Source: Kiritimatiellia bacterium
Lineage (GTDB): Bacteria; Verrucomicrobiota; Kiritimatiellia; RFP12; UBA3636
NCBI GenBank assembly: GCA_045589455.1
Contig: JAZNPC010000010.1
Coordinates: 149 to 64,148 of the forward strand
Length of the DNA stretch: 64,000 nucleotides
Reading direction: 5' to 3'
Both the position numbers and the translations under genes were made by a program. This document shows, piece after piece, positions 40,780 through 51,192 of the stretch. The notes beneath the pieces are model-generated. The model had not been told where the DNA came from. It searched no databases and saw nothing but the letters and a program-made list of their open reading frames with translations. How positions within the stretch are numbered: position 1 is the first letter of the stretch; each line of letters starts with the position of its first letter.

Positions 40780-41559
40780 ATGAATATTAAGCAGGTAGAA
40801 AAAAAAGCCTACATAATTTCATTTATTGTACATGCAGTACTAATAGTGGGGCTTGTTGTGGCTTCGATAATTAACGAGTTTTCTTGTACTCAAGAGCCCG
40901 TTGATGATGCCATGCCAATAGAGTTCACTGTTGACGTATCTTCTTTTGAGCAACAAGACGAACCAGTGGGAGATTTAATTGATGATTTAGAGCCCGAACC
41001 AGAACCCGAGCCAGAGCCAGAGCCAGAACCCGAGCCAGAGCCTGAGCCAGAGCCAGACCCTGATGCAGTGTCTGAGCCAGAGCCAGAGCCTCAACCTGAA
41101 AGACCTAGGCGCAAGCCTATTCAGACTTCTGATAAGGTTGTTATGATTAACCAGCCAAATATTCAACCACCTCCTTCTACACCTTCTCCAAGGGAAAGAA
41201 GTGATGATCTTACAGAAGAAGAGGTTAAGAAGCTTCTTGAAATTGGAGCAACAGCATCGGATCATACTTCGGTCCCTGGCGAACGTGAGCGTTGCCTTGC
41301 ATTGGTGTATAAGAAATTCTATGAAGCATGGCGTCGTCCAAGTCTCGCACCAACAGATGTTGCACGTGGTGCTGAGTTGACAATTTGGTTGGGCGATAAT
41401 GGTAGTATAAAAAAATATGAGCTTACTCGTTCTTCCGGTAATCGTCAGCTTGATGCTTCTGTTAAAGATGCTGCTCGTGTTGTTCGCCGTATACCAGGAT
41501 TAACATCAGGATTTATTAGAGATAATAGGACTTTAACAATCGAATTTAACCTCGAATAA
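40780..41559 (+). CDS. tonB: TonB-like energy transducer with a (Pro-Glu)n rigid spacer
   Basis: N-terminal TM (IISFIVHAVLIVGLVVASII), a long EPEPEPEP… tract and a Pro-rich segment, then a C-terminal TonB-like domain (…GSIKKYELTRSSGNRQLDASVKDAA…). Confidence 0.7.
   Translation: MNIKQVEKKAYIISFIVHAVLIVGLVVASIINEFSCTQEPVDDAMPIEFTVDVSSFEQQDEPVGDLIDDLEPEPEPEPEPEPEPEPEPEPEPDPDAVSEPEPEPQPERPRRKPIQTSDKVVMINQPNIQPPPSTPSPRERSDDLTEEEVKKLLEIGATASDHTSVPGERERCLALVYKKFYEAWRRPSLAPTDVARGAELTIWLGDNGSIKKYELTRSSGNRQLDASVKDAARVVRRIPGLTSGFIRDNRTLTIEFNLE
40981..41055 (+). repeat. Hexanucleotide tandem repeat (gagcc[a/n] ×~12) encoding the TonB (PE)n spacer
   Basis: Read directly: gagcccgaaccagaacccgagccagagccagagccagaacccgagccagagcctgagccagagccagac. 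Confidence 0.8.
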
Positions 41560-41573
41560 GGATAAGATGATTT

Positions 41574-42380
41574 ATGAAATCGAGCTATATAAAATTTACA
41601 ATTGCTTTAATTGCATTTACATCTTCATTGCTATTTTCATATGCCAAGCAGCCTCCAGCAAATATTTCTTCTGATGCAGCTACTTATGAGGAAAATCTCT
41701 TAACAAACGAGCAGCGTGACACTCTACAGGTCGAAATGATAAGCCTTCAGCGTGATATTATTGCTGCAAATAGAGCTATAGATGAGATTCCTGAAGTTAA
41801 AGCAGCAAAGGAAGAAATGTATCGTTTAACAAAGGAAAAGGCTCCAAAATCTGAGATTGTTGCAGCAAGAGCAAGATATAATGAGCTAAGGTTTGCAGAG
41901 CAAAAAAAAGATCCAATACTTGTGAAAAAACTTGAGCGTTATGAATATATCGCGTCATTGCTTGAATATGACAAGCTTAGAAATAAGGTTGCAAGAGCGC
42001 GTATGCCAGCAGAGGATGTGGCGGCAGAGAGACCTGTTGTTCAGATGGCTCGACCAGCATACGAGGTTCAAGTGGCACGCGAGTTGGAGGAACAAAAGCA
42101 AGGTGCAGAAGAGGCTTTAGACGAAGATATAACAACTTCAGAAAATGAGTTGCCACATAATGTTGTAAAATTATTTGAGAATAATGAGGTGCATATAGCA
42201 GGCAAAATTGTCCAATGGGATGAATTGGCAGTTGCATTTGAAGAATTATATAAGCAAGAGCCTGAGCTTGAACTCCAAATGGATGGTGAGGTAGAGACAC
42301 CTGTTTCAAAGCTAATGGAAATGATGAGGCTTGCACGAGAAGCAGGCTTTAAGGATGTATCTATTCGGAGACTATTTTAA
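41574..42380 (+). CDS. Secreted coiled-coil protein of unknown function
   Basis: 268 aa with a signal peptide (MKSSYIKFTIALIAFTSSLLFSYA) and charged, helix-prone sequence. It is positioned after exbB-exbD-tonB. Confidence 0.55.
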   Translation: MKSSYIKFTIALIAFTSSLLFSYAKQPPANISSDAATYEENLLTNEQRDTLQVEMISLQRDIIAANRAIDEIPEVKAAKEEMYRLTKEKAPKSEIVAARARYNELRFAEQKKDPILVKKLERYEYIASLLEYDKLRNKVARARMPAEDVAAERPVVQMARPAYEVQVARELEEQKQGAEEALDEDITTSENELPHNVVKLFENNEVHIAGKIVQWDELAVAFEELYKQEPELELQMDGEVETPVSKLMEMMRLAREAGFKDVSIRRLF

Positions 42381-42397
42381 TTGTAGGAAGGGATAAA

Positions 42398-42790
42398 ATG
42401 TTTCAGAGTAAATTATCTATAGAGCAACAGGAGTTTCGCTTTAAGGAAGCTTTAAAAGCAATACCTGTAAAGAATACTCAAGCTCGTATTGTGGAAAAGG
42501 ACGAGGTTACAGGAGAACTTCATATAAAGGTTGTTCTTGTTTATAAAGGAACAATCATGAACTTCCTTCGTAGAATTTTAAAAGCAAATACTGAGAAAAC
42601 CTATGTTTTAGACTCAATAGGTACTCAGGTTTATGAAATGATAGACAATAAGAGTACATTTGAGCAATTAATTGACAAATTCTGTGAAAAGGAAAAGCTA
42701 ACCTTTTTAGAGGCTAGAGCATTGCTAGGACAATATTTCCAAACTCTTACCCGTCGAGGTATAATTGTTCCTATGGTTCCTAAAAAATAG
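42398..42790 (+). CDS. Hypothetical protein of 130 aa
   Basis: The ORF has a reasonable RBS (AGGAAGGG). I recognise no motifs. Confidence 0.5.
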   Translation: MFQSKLSIEQQEFRFKEALKAIPVKNTQARIVEKDEVTGELHIKVVLVYKGTIMNFLRRILKANTEKTYVLDSIGTQVYEMIDNKSTFEQLIDKFCEKEKLTFLEARALLGQYFQTLTRRGIIVPMVPKK

Positions 42791-42816
42791 CTAGAGCAAT
42801 TTAAGTTTTATATAGA

Positions 42817-43746
42817 ATGATAGAAGAGAAATATCTTGTTGAGCCTTTTGAAGGTAAATCTCCTAGAGCGGATGCTTGGCTAGCTAAGACAAGTGAACAC
42901 TCACGTTCTCGCATTCAAAAGCTTTTTGAGCAAGGAAATATATTGTGTAATGGTGTTCCTTTGGATACATTGTCACATAGATTACAATTTGGCGAATGCT
43001 ATACAATAACTATTCCAGATGCAGCACCTACAGGAATTCAGCCAGAAAATATACCTTTAGACATCTTGTATGAGGATGATGCAATTGTTGTTGTGAATAA
43101 GCCACCTCAGCTTGTTGTTCACCCAGCACCAGGTCATGAGAGTGGAACGCTTGTTAATGCATTGCTTTATCATTATCCAGGAATCTTTTCTATAGGAGGA
43201 GAGGATCGTCCAGGAATTGTGCATCGCCTAGATCAGGACACCTCTGGAGCTTTAATTGTTGTCAAGACGGATAAAGCAATTGTAGCTCTTCAAGAGGCTT
43301 TCCAAAAAAATGAAGTAAAAAAGACTTATAAAGCCTTGGTTCATGGAGTGCCTTATCCAATAGCAGGTCGCATAGAGACCAATATAGGGCGCAACCCACA
43401 GGATCGAAAAAAGATGTGTGTATTGCAGGAGCATGGTAGAAATGCTATTACTGAGTACACAACTGAGCGCGACTTTGGTAATGCTTCTCTTGTAAGCGTA
43501 AATATTGAGACGGGACGCACGCATCAGATCCGTGTGCACATGAACTATTTGGGCAATCCGGTAATAGGCGATCAGACCTATGGTAGCTTCCGTAGGGATA
43601 TGCGTATGCCAATAAAGCTAAAGCGTCAGATGCTTCATGCAGCTAAGCTAGAGTTTATGCATCCTGTGCGCAAGCGAGAGCGAGTAGTGGTAGAGGCCCC
43701 GCTTCCAGCAGATATGCTTGAGCTAATCGAAGCATTAAAGGCGTAG
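42817..43746 (+). CDS. rluD: RluA/RluD-family 23S rRNA pseudouridine synthase
   Basis: S4-like N-terminus, the catalytic HRLDQDTSGALIV motif, and GRTHQIRVH. Confidence 0.9.
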   Translation: MIEEKYLVEPFEGKSPRADAWLAKTSEHSRSRIQKLFEQGNILCNGVPLDTLSHRLQFGECYTITIPDAAPTGIQPENIPLDILYEDDAIVVVNKPPQLVVHPAPGHESGTLVNALLYHYPGIFSIGGEDRPGIVHRLDQDTSGALIVVKTDKAIVALQEAFQKNEVKKTYKALVHGVPYPIAGRIETNIGRNPQDRKKMCVLQEHGRNAITEYTTERDFGNASLVSVNIETGRTHQIRVHMNYLGNPVIGDQTYGSFRRDMRMPIKLKRQMLHAAKLEFMHPVRKRERVVVEAPLPADMLELIEALKA

Positions 43747-43821
43747 TGTGGCGCACGTGACGCTAAAGGGACGCCTTGCACACCAAGTGCGCACTCATTT
43801 TAAGAAATCCTATGCTTTTTG

Positions 43822-45228
43822 TTATTCCTGCGAGTTATCGTCAATTGGATTTCCACCAAAGGCGGTGAATATTTCTACTGCATATGCTGAAAGTGCTTGA
43901 TTGTGTAAAATAATTGCTTTTTCTGCGTTTAAATAGTTGCGCTGATGAGTTAGTACGGTAACAAAATCACATTCTCCTTGCTCATAAAGTAGCTGTGATG
44001 CAGTAACACATTCTTCATAATATTTTAGTGCTTCCTCAAGCTTTTCCTCACGCTCATATTCGTGCCGGTAATTACTTAGAGCAGTCTCTGCCTCAGTTAC
44101 AGCATTAATAACAGTCTCCTCATATCTAAGTAGAGCTTCATTTGCTTTTTCCTCTGCTGCCTCTTGTGCTGCCTTTAGTTTTCCTCCTTCAAACAAAGGT
44201 ATACTAATGCGCGGGCCAAATCCTGCTGTACGTAGTCCATCAGACCAGCTAGACAACGAATCTGCAGCTGCACCTATGCTTGCACTAATAGAAATCTGAG
44301 GGAAACGATTTGCCTTTGCCACACCAATTCGTGCTGTTGCAGCATTAAGCGCTTCCTCCGCTTGGCGAATGTCTGGCCTACGTTCAAGTAGTGCTGCAGG
44401 AGTGGAAGCTGGGAATAAGCCATTTCGAGGAATTGGTGCCTTCTCTTCCAATAGCTCTGTATATTCACCAGGATATTTCCCAAGCAGCTGCTCAATCAAG
44501 TATTGCTGTGCATTAAGCTTTGCTCTCATATTAGGTAGCTCGGCTTCTGCTGTGCGAACCTGAGCTTCTGCGGCAATAACATCAATTCCTGTTGTAAAAC
44601 CAGCCTCACCCTTAGCCCTAGAAATTTCTAAAGACTGCTTTTGAAGCTCAAGGTTTTTTTCTGCAATTTCATATTGAGCTTGTAGTGAACGATAGCTGAA
44701 ATAGGCTTGAGCAACCTCAGCGCATAGAATTAGCTTTGCATCTCTTACAGAATAACCAGCTGCATTTAGCTCTGCTGTTGCTGCTTCAATAGAGCGACGA
44801 TTTGCTCCAAAGAAATCTAGTACCCATGAAGCAGAAACACCAACAGAGTAGTTCCCTCCAGAGGAATCTGGATTCCAACGCTTCTCTTCAGAGCCACTTC
44901 CAGTTGCAGAAATAGAAGGGTAGAGCGATGCCCCAGTTTGTTGAAGTGTTAGCTCTGCTTGCTTAAAGCGTGAAACAGCTTGCTGCAATGATAAATTGCT
45001 ATCAATTGCTTCCTTCATCAGCTGCACAAGAATCGGATCATTAAAGCTTTCCCAAAAATTGATAGAAAGTAGAACGTTTTCATCCTCCTCGTTAGTAGGA
45101 TTGAGAGAAAGGTTTTCATAATTTTCTGGATGATTTTTTAGTGTCGGTCTTACAGCATTTGGTCCAAGAAGACAACCAGAGGTAAGTAATGCAGGTAAAA
45201 CGATTGCAAATAATGATAACTTTTTCAT
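43822..45228 (-). CDS. TolC/NodT-family outer-membrane efflux lipoprotein
   Basis: The ORF extends to 45267. The likely start is Met14 (MKKLSLFAIVLPALLTSGC, with lipobox). It has two repeated alpha/beta halves typical of outer-membrane factors. Confidence 0.85.
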   Translation of the reverse strand: MKKLSLFAIVLPALLTSGCLLGPNAVRPTLKNHPENYENLSLNPTNEEDENVLLSINFWESFNDPILVQLMKEAIDSNLSLQQAVSRFKQAELTLQQTGASLYPSISATGSGSEEKRWNPDSSGGNYSVGVSASWVLDFFGANRRSIEAATAELNAAGYSVRDAKLILCAEVAQAYFSYRSLQAQYEIAEKNLELQKQSLEISRAKGEAGFTTGIDVIAAEAQVRTAEAELPNMRAKLNAQQYLIEQLLGKYPGEYTELLEEKAPIPRNGLFPASTPAALLERRPDIRQAEEALNAATARIGVAKANRFPQISISASIGAAADSLSSWSDGLRTAGFGPRISIPLFEGGKLKAAQEAAEEKANEALLRYEETVINAVTEAETALSNYRHEYEREEKLEEALKYYEECVTASQLLYEQGECDFVTVLTHQRNYLNAEKAIILHNQALSAYAVEIFTAFGGNPIDDNSQE

Positions 45229-45244
45229 AATAAATCTCCTTTCC

Positions 45245-46603
45245 TTATTCATAGCGAAGTGCATCAATTGGATTTAGACGCGCTGCACGCCATGCTGGGT
45301 AAAAACCAAAGCATACACCGATAGTGGCAGACACTGCCACAGCCATTGCTATTGCGCCAATAGATGGAGCAACTGGCCAGCCATTCATGCTTGAAACAAT
45401 TGTAGAACAAAGTCTTCCACCCAAAATTCCTAGCAAACCTCCAAGTAAGCAAAGTATCAATGATTCTACAAGAAATTGTATTAGAATATCCTTGCCCTTT
45501 GCTCCAACTGCCATTCTTAATCCAATTTCACGTGTGCGTTCAGTAACAGAAACAAGCATAATATTCATGATACCAACGCCACCCACAATTAGAGAAATAA
45601 GTGCAACAATTAACAATAGACTTGTCATTAACTCTGAGGTTTGAGTAAATGTGTTAAGAAGCTCAGTCATATCGCGAATTTCAAAGTCATTAGGCTCATC
45701 ATCAGCAAGCTTGTGACGTCTCCGCAATAGCTCTGTTATTTCATCAACAGCGCTTTGAATTGAGCTGGCATCTGTTGCAGCAACCATAATTTGATTGATG
45801 TTATTAAAGCGAATAGGCATTAGGTAGTTTTTGGATTGGGTAGCATCGCGAGTAGGATACAATTGTACAGCTTTTGTTGGGTAGCGATCTCCTCGAGAAT
45901 AACTACTAGAGCTTGATGAAGCTGTTGCTGCCATTCCTCCACCACGAGAAAGTCTGTTTCGCATAGTGGTCCATGGGATGACGATTAAATCATTTTGGTC
46001 CATGCCCATGAGATTAGCGCCTTTAGGAGCTAGTGTGCCACGTACGGTAAATATTACATTGTTCAAGCGGATGGTTTGTCCAATAGGTGAATCTTCTCCA
46101 AATAACTCTTTAACTACAGTTTGACCTAGCATACAAACACAGGCTGCTGTATTAACATCTAGTGCTGTGAAAAATTCTCCCTCAGCAAGCTCCCATTCAT
46201 TAACATCAAAATATTGCTCATTACCAGATGCAATCTGTCCTGGAGTCCAGTTTTTATTTCCATAAACTGCTTGAACCGTTGCTCCACGTACAACAGGTGT
46301 TGCTGCTTTAACAGATGGACACTCACGAATGATTGCATCGCAGTCTGCACTAGTAAGTGTAATGCCAGTGCCTGAACCAGTACTAACACCTCCAGTACGT
46401 ATCGATGTAGGGGAAATCATGAGCATATTTGAACCCATATTTGAAATTGAGGTTTCAATTTGCCCTTTAACACCAGAGCCGATTTCCATCATCGTAATTA
46501 CGGCTGCAATACCAATTACAATGCCTAACATTGTAAGGATAGATCTTGTTATATTTCTACGCAATGCCTTGATTGCTGTTATAAAGGGTTGTGTAATATT
46601 CAT
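45245..46603 (-). CDS. MacB/FtsX-family ABC permease
   Basis: 452 aa with the same architecture as the 23631..24908 product (GGVGIMNIMLVSVTERTREIGLRMAVGA). Confidence 0.9.
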   Translation of the reverse strand: MNITQPFITAIKALRRNITRSILTMLGIVIGIAAVITMMEIGSGVKGQIETSISNMGSNMLMISPTSIRTGGVSTGSGTGITLTSADCDAIIRECPSVKAATPVVRGATVQAVYGNKNWTPGQIASGNEQYFDVNEWELAEGEFFTALDVNTAACVCMLGQTVVKELFGEDSPIGQTIRLNNVIFTVRGTLAPKGANLMGMDQNDLIVIPWTTMRNRLSRGGGMAATASSSSSSYSRGDRYPTKAVQLYPTRDATQSKNYLMPIRFNNINQIMVAATDASSIQSAVDEITELLRRRHKLADDEPNDFEIRDMTELLNTFTQTSELMTSLLLIVALISLIVGGVGIMNIMLVSVTERTREIGLRMAVGAKGKDILIQFLVESLILCLLGGLLGILGGRLCSTIVSSMNGWPVAPSIGAIAMAVAVSATIGVCFGFYPAWRAARLNPIDALRYE

Positions 46604-46604
46604 T

Positions 46605-47306
46605 TTACACCTCCTTTATTAAATCGCTATTAGCGATAAGTCCATCCTTGATATGAATTGTGGTTTTTGTATAATCACAAACCTCAGCATCATGTGTTAC
46701 AAGAATAATTGTAATATTATCCTCTTTATTGAGCTGCTGAAACATTCTTAAAATTTCATCGGTTGTAACAGAATCAAGATTTCCAGTTGGCTCATCAGCA
46801 AAAAGAATTTTTGGTCGATTAATCAGTGCTCGGGCTATTGCAACACGCTGCTGCTGTCCACCGGAAAGCTGAGCAGGGTGATGGTGCATTCGTTCCTTTA
46901 GACCAAGCCTTATTAATAGCTCTTCTGCCCATTCTTTGTTTTCCTTCTTGCTTGCTCTTGTTTTGCTATATTCGAGTGGCATTAGCACATTTTGGAGCGC
47001 AGATGTACGAGAAAGCAAATTGAAGTTTTGAAATACAAAACCAATTCTGCCAGAACGAAGCTCAGCACGCTCATTTGCGGAAATGTTAGCCACATTTTTA
47101 CCATCTAACCAATATTCGCCAGAGGTTGGGTTGTCAAGAAAACCAAGAATATTCATAAGAGTTGATTTTCCAGATCCAGAGGCACCCATAAGAGCAACTA
47201 GATCGCCCTGTGCAATGCTAAGGGAAATTCCTTTTAGAACAGGAACTTCTAGCCCACCATTAAGCTTATAGGTTTTTGTAAGGTTTTTTAACTCAATTAA
47301 ACTCAT
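46605..47306 (-). CDS. ABC transporter ATP-binding protein (MacB-type)
   Basis: Walker A (GASGSGKST), signature ([15 protein letters not shown]), Walker B ([11 protein letters not shown]). Confidence 0.92.
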   Translation of the reverse strand: MSLIELKNLTKTYKLNGGLEVPVLKGISLSIAQGDLVALMGASGSGKSTLMNILGFLDNPTSGEYWLDGKNVANISANERAELRSGRIGFVFQNFNLLSRTSALQNVLMPLEYSKTRASKKENKEWAEELLIRLGLKERMHHHPAQLSGGQQQRVAIARALINRPKILFADEPTGNLDSVTTDEILRMFQQLNKEDNITIILVTHDAEVCDYTKTTIHIKDGLIANSDLIKEV

Positions 47307-47373
47307 ATTTTCCTCCTTTCCAAATTAATGCAAAGGCTTATTAATGATAGTAGTGTATATACTATTACTATTG

Positions 47374-48654
47374 TTAGCGGCGAGGAGAACTACCTGAGCC
47401 TCTCTTAGGCTTTGGCATATTTGGCATAAATGGATTCTTTGTTTCAGATTTACTATCATCTTCAGATATTACTTTTGATGATGTAATGATTTCCATTCCT
47501 TCAACAAGCTCAGGCGATTCAATCGCTGCCATTGTGCCATTATTGAGTATTACATTAACCTTAATTGGGCGGATGTTGCCATTTGCTTCTTTAATATGAA
47601 CAATTGCTTCATTTGGGGCTATATCTGGTAAAGGAGCTCCAGCAGGTCTCCATCTAATAGCTCTAGCAGGGATGATTAGAGCATCTTCTGCCTTTTCAAT
47701 TTCAAAAAGAACATTAGCTGTTAGATAAGGTATTAGTTCCATATTTGCATTGTCCACATCAATCTCAACGATGTAGGTAACAACATTGGAGGTTATTGTT
47801 GCATTGTAGCGTATACGTTTAACTGTTCCCTCATATACTTTTCCTGGGAATGAGTCAACAGAGAAAGAAACAGACATGCCTTCTTTTATGCTACCTACAT
47901 CTGCCTCATTTACAGCAGCCCAAATTTGCATTTTATCTAATTCTTTTGCTACTAAAAACATTGATGATACAGACATACTAGAGACAACGGTTTGTCCTAG
48001 GTTTACTCTACGATCAATAACAACACCATCAACGGGAGATGATATTGTGCAATAAGCAAGATTTCTTTCTGCCTTTTCTACATTTGCCCTAGCTTGCACC
48101 ACCTGAGCTTCAGCTTGAAGAATTTTGGCTTCAGCTGAAATTTTGTCAGCAACAGCAATTTTATAGCTTGCTTCATATGCATCATATGAGCTTTGTGAAA
48201 GAGCAGGGCCAACACCAATCTTTTGTGCTCTATTCCAATCCTTTTCTGCTTGCCATAAACGAGCCTCTGCTTGTTGAACAGCAGCCTGTGCAGCTGTAAC
48301 ATTTGCTAGTGCATTACTATATGAAGCTTGAGCAACTTCAAAATCTGCTAGATATGTCACATCATCAAGTTTGGCAAGAATCATTCCATTTGTAACAGTA
48401 GAACGATAATCTATTGTGTTGCCATTTGTATCCGTACCAAATGATATAATTTGTCCAGAAACTTGAGCACCCACGTCAATTAGTTCCTCTGGTTCTAGAG
48501 TGCCAGATGCAGAGATAGTTGTCGCTATTGTACCGCGAGATAGCTTCTCTGTTGTATAAACTGTTACTTCTTCGTTACCTTTGAGTAGTACAGGTAGCGT
48601 AATTGCTCCTATTATAGCAATCCCTAATATTATAAATATAACCTTCTTTTTCAT
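47374..48654 (-). CDS. HlyD/MacA-type periplasmic adaptor
   Basis: N-terminal TM anchor and a coiled-coil region (AAQAAVQQAEARLWQAEKDWNRAQ). It is the first gene of a four-gene minus-strand efflux operon that ends with the TolC-like gene. Confidence 0.85.
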   Translation of the reverse strand: MKKKVIFIILGIAIIGAITLPVLLKGNEEVTVYTTEKLSRGTIATTISASGTLEPEELIDVGAQVSGQIISFGTDTNGNTIDYRSTVTNGMILAKLDDVTYLADFEVAQASYSNALANVTAAQAAVQQAEARLWQAEKDWNRAQKIGVGPALSQSSYDAYEASYKIAVADKISAEAKILQAEAQVVQARANVEKAERNLAYCTISSPVDGVVIDRRVNLGQTVVSSMSVSSMFLVAKELDKMQIWAAVNEADVGSIKEGMSVSFSVDSFPGKVYEGTVKRIRYNATITSNVVTYIVEIDVDNANMELIPYLTANVLFEIEKAEDALIIPARAIRWRPAGAPLPDIAPNEAIVHIKEANGNIRPIKVNVILNNGTMAAIESPELVEGMEIITSSKVISEDDSKSETKNPFMPNMPKPKRGSGSSPRR

Positions 48655-48916
48655 ATTGCTTCTCCTCGTTTATTTGAATTTGCATTCATAATAGTGAATT
48701 TATATTCATTTGTCAAGTGGCTTTTTTTATTTTTTTTCTATGTTTTGTTAAGCATCAAAGTTGTTTGCCATTTAAACCTAGCACTTTTAGCCACCACGTG
48801 CCATGGTATTGATTGCGAGGTTTAGATGTATTCTGTTGATAATTGAGAGCCCCATAAGTATGTTGATAGTAAATTGATAATTTGATAAAATGATTCTAAT
48901 AAATAGGGGAATAAAT

Positions 48917-50239
48917 ATGAAAAAGTTTTTACTCTTTGTTGTTTTATTAGCACTTTCAGTGAATGTATTTGCTGAAAATAAATTTAGTCCTGAAACAGTA
49001 GCCGCGCAAGAGGCTTTTATAAATGATGGTTTTGGTATTTTTATTCATTGGGGTATTTATGCAATTCATGGGAAGGGCGAGTGGTGGCTTAATAAATCAA
49101 AAATGCCTTTAGAGGAATATGAGGCTGTAGCATCTCAATTTAATCCAACAAATTTTGATGCAAATGCTTGGGCTGAAGCTTTTGCTGATGCTGGTGCACG
49201 CTATGTAACAATTACCTCACGCCACCATGATGGCTTTTCTATGTTCGCTACCACAAATACAACCTACGATATTGTGGATGCAACACCATATAAGCGCGAT
49301 CCGATGGCTGAGCTTGCTACAGCATGTAAGAAGCATAACTTGAAGCTAGGCTTCTATTATTCTCTCCTTGATTGGCGCCGAGAGGATTTTCCTCATTATA
49401 AAGGCCGCGGAGATTATGATTCATATTATGCCTTTATGAAGGGGCAGCTGGGAGAGCTCTTAACTAATTATGGACCAATTAATTGCATATGGTTTGATGG
49501 GCAATGGGCGCGCACTGACGCTGGCTTTGATTGGCGCTTGCCTGAGCTATTTGATTATGTTCGCTCAATTCAACCATCCTGCTTAGTTGGTAATAATTCA
49601 CATGTATCACTTCAGCCTGGTGAGGATTTCCAAATTTGGGAAATTAATTATCCAGGAGGTCACACAGGTCACATGAATGATAAGCAAACCATTGCAACAA
49701 ATGTACCTTTGGAATGCTGCTGGTCAATGACCTCTGATGCATGGGGATATCAGCCTAATGATTTGATGGAAAAGAATCCATCAAAGGAGCTCATTCGAAA
49801 GCTAGTGCGCACTCGTTTTCTTGGCGCAAATCTTCTACTAAATGTTGCTCCTGCTCCAGATGGATCCATTCCTGAACCCGCATTAGAGCGTCTCAAGGAT
49901 ATTGGAGAGTGGATGGATAAGTATGGCGATACCATTATAGATGCAAAGCCTGGTCATATTTATTTGGGAGGTCACAAGGAGTTCTCTAATGTAATTTCTA
50001 CTATCTCTGAGGATGGTAAAACAATACATTTGCATATTTTAACAGATGGCAAGAAGGATTTTGGATTATGGATCCCATTCCCAGATACAATTGTAGCAAT
50101 CACCAATCGCATGACAGGTGCTGAGCTACCATTTGTGCAGAAAATGCATCATTCAAAGCGCTACTTATCTCTACACCTAGATTTAGAGGCTGATGTGCCA
50201 GACACAATTCTCGACATCACTATCGACCCTTCAAACTAA
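48917..50239 (+). CDS. Alpha-L-fucosidase (GH29)
   Basis: Signal peptide (MKKFLLFVVLLALSVNVFA). GH29 core motifs are present (FGIFIHWGIYAI, ITSRHHDGFSMF, WFDGQW). The ATG at 48917 follows an AGGGGA RBS. Confidence 0.85.
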   Translation: MKKFLLFVVLLALSVNVFAENKFSPETVAAQEAFINDGFGIFIHWGIYAIHGKGEWWLNKSKMPLEEYEAVASQFNPTNFDANAWAEAFADAGARYVTITSRHHDGFSMFATTNTTYDIVDATPYKRDPMAELATACKKHNLKLGFYYSLLDWRREDFPHYKGRGDYDSYYAFMKGQLGELLTNYGPINCIWFDGQWARTDAGFDWRLPELFDYVRSIQPSCLVGNNSHVSLQPGEDFQIWEINYPGGHTGHMNDKQTIATNVPLECCWSMTSDAWGYQPNDLMEKNPSKELIRKLVRTRFLGANLLLNVAPAPDGSIPEPALERLKDIGEWMDKYGDTIIDAKPGHIYLGGHKEFSNVISTISEDGKTIHLHILTDGKKDFGLWIPFPDTIVAITNRMTGAELPFVQKMHHSKRYLSLHLDLEADVPDTILDITIDPSN

Positions 50240-50246
50240 TCTCTAG

Positions 50247-50510
50247 CAGCTAGCGTGATGCACGTGACGCCGAAGGGACGCAGAGACGCAGAGACGCAGA
50301 GCTAGCGTGATGCACGTGACGCCGAAGGGACGCAGAGACGCAGAGGGCGCGGAGGACGCGGGGCTGGTGTGATGGGTGTGGTGTGGGGCGCGAATGCGCA
50401 CATTCCCGCTTGTTGTTGCCTGGGTTTATTGCGAAATCTAACGAAGCAATAAGGCAACTGCCAAGCGCTAATGTGTATGACCCACCAAGGCTTTTGAGGT
50501 TGGGGGCGTG
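50247..50510. repeat. GC-rich ~260 bp intergenic repeat element, copy B. It has an internal duplication of the agctagcgtgatgcacgtgacgccgaagggacgcagagacgcagag segment
   Basis: Near-identical to 24990-25230. It lies immediately 3' of the fucosidase gene, at the transition to the AT-rich island. Confidence 0.85.
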
Positions 50511-51192
50511 AAAAACAATCAACAATCAACAGTCTACTGCCAACAATGGAGTCTTAACGTCTAATGTCGTTCAATTGTCTATCGTCTAATTGTCACATAG
50601 GAACACCCGTTTGGTGAAGGCAACCCGCCTACTAGCTCAGGAGAAATATAGTCTATCTCCACATCTTCCTTAGGCGTGAGCCATCGCAGACGCCATCTCC
50701 GCTCGAGATGTAAAATCTATAATTGATAATTCTTGAATTATCATTTTATAAGTGATAATATATCGCTACAAAATGTTAAAAGATTGATTTTATACGCTTA
50801 GCGTAATTCGTCTTCGTGAAAATCGCCAAATTTAAACGAGTATGGACGGACAAGCGCGTGCAAGGTGTATTGTACCATTTGCGCGTCTCTATGTTTGCTC
50901 ATACAAGGTGTTTGGCGATACCTCACGGAGGCAAATTTTAGGGACGCGTTTTTTTATTCTCTAAAATAGGCTTCCATGCTAAGAAATAAAAATTATATCT
51001 ATTGGCATAAGTTTTTTATTACTAAATAGGAATAAATATAGAAATCGGTATCTGTTTGTAGAGTTAAACATAGGAGAAAATTATGCGTGACGATATAAAT
51101 TTTGATGAAGAAAAGCTAAAAAAGAGCAGTCCAAGTATGCCCCAAAGGATGAGAATGAGATTAAAGAGAAGGTTTTAAATAAAGAAGAAAAG

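Noticed and set aside
40987-42336. Antisense ORFs 40987..41265(-) and 41977..42336(-) and 41932..42120(+)
   Set aside because: They overlap the TonB repeat region and the coiled-coil protein. The repetitive translation (WLWLRLWLGFWLWL) derives from the reverse-frame reading of the (PE)n hexamer repeat.
51083-51178. A 31-codon ORF with a strong RBS, considered as an independent small gene
   Set aside because: It is more parsimonious as the N-terminal part of the downstream DUF1232 ORF, separated by a single-base frameshift in an A6 tract. It is reported as a finding instead.
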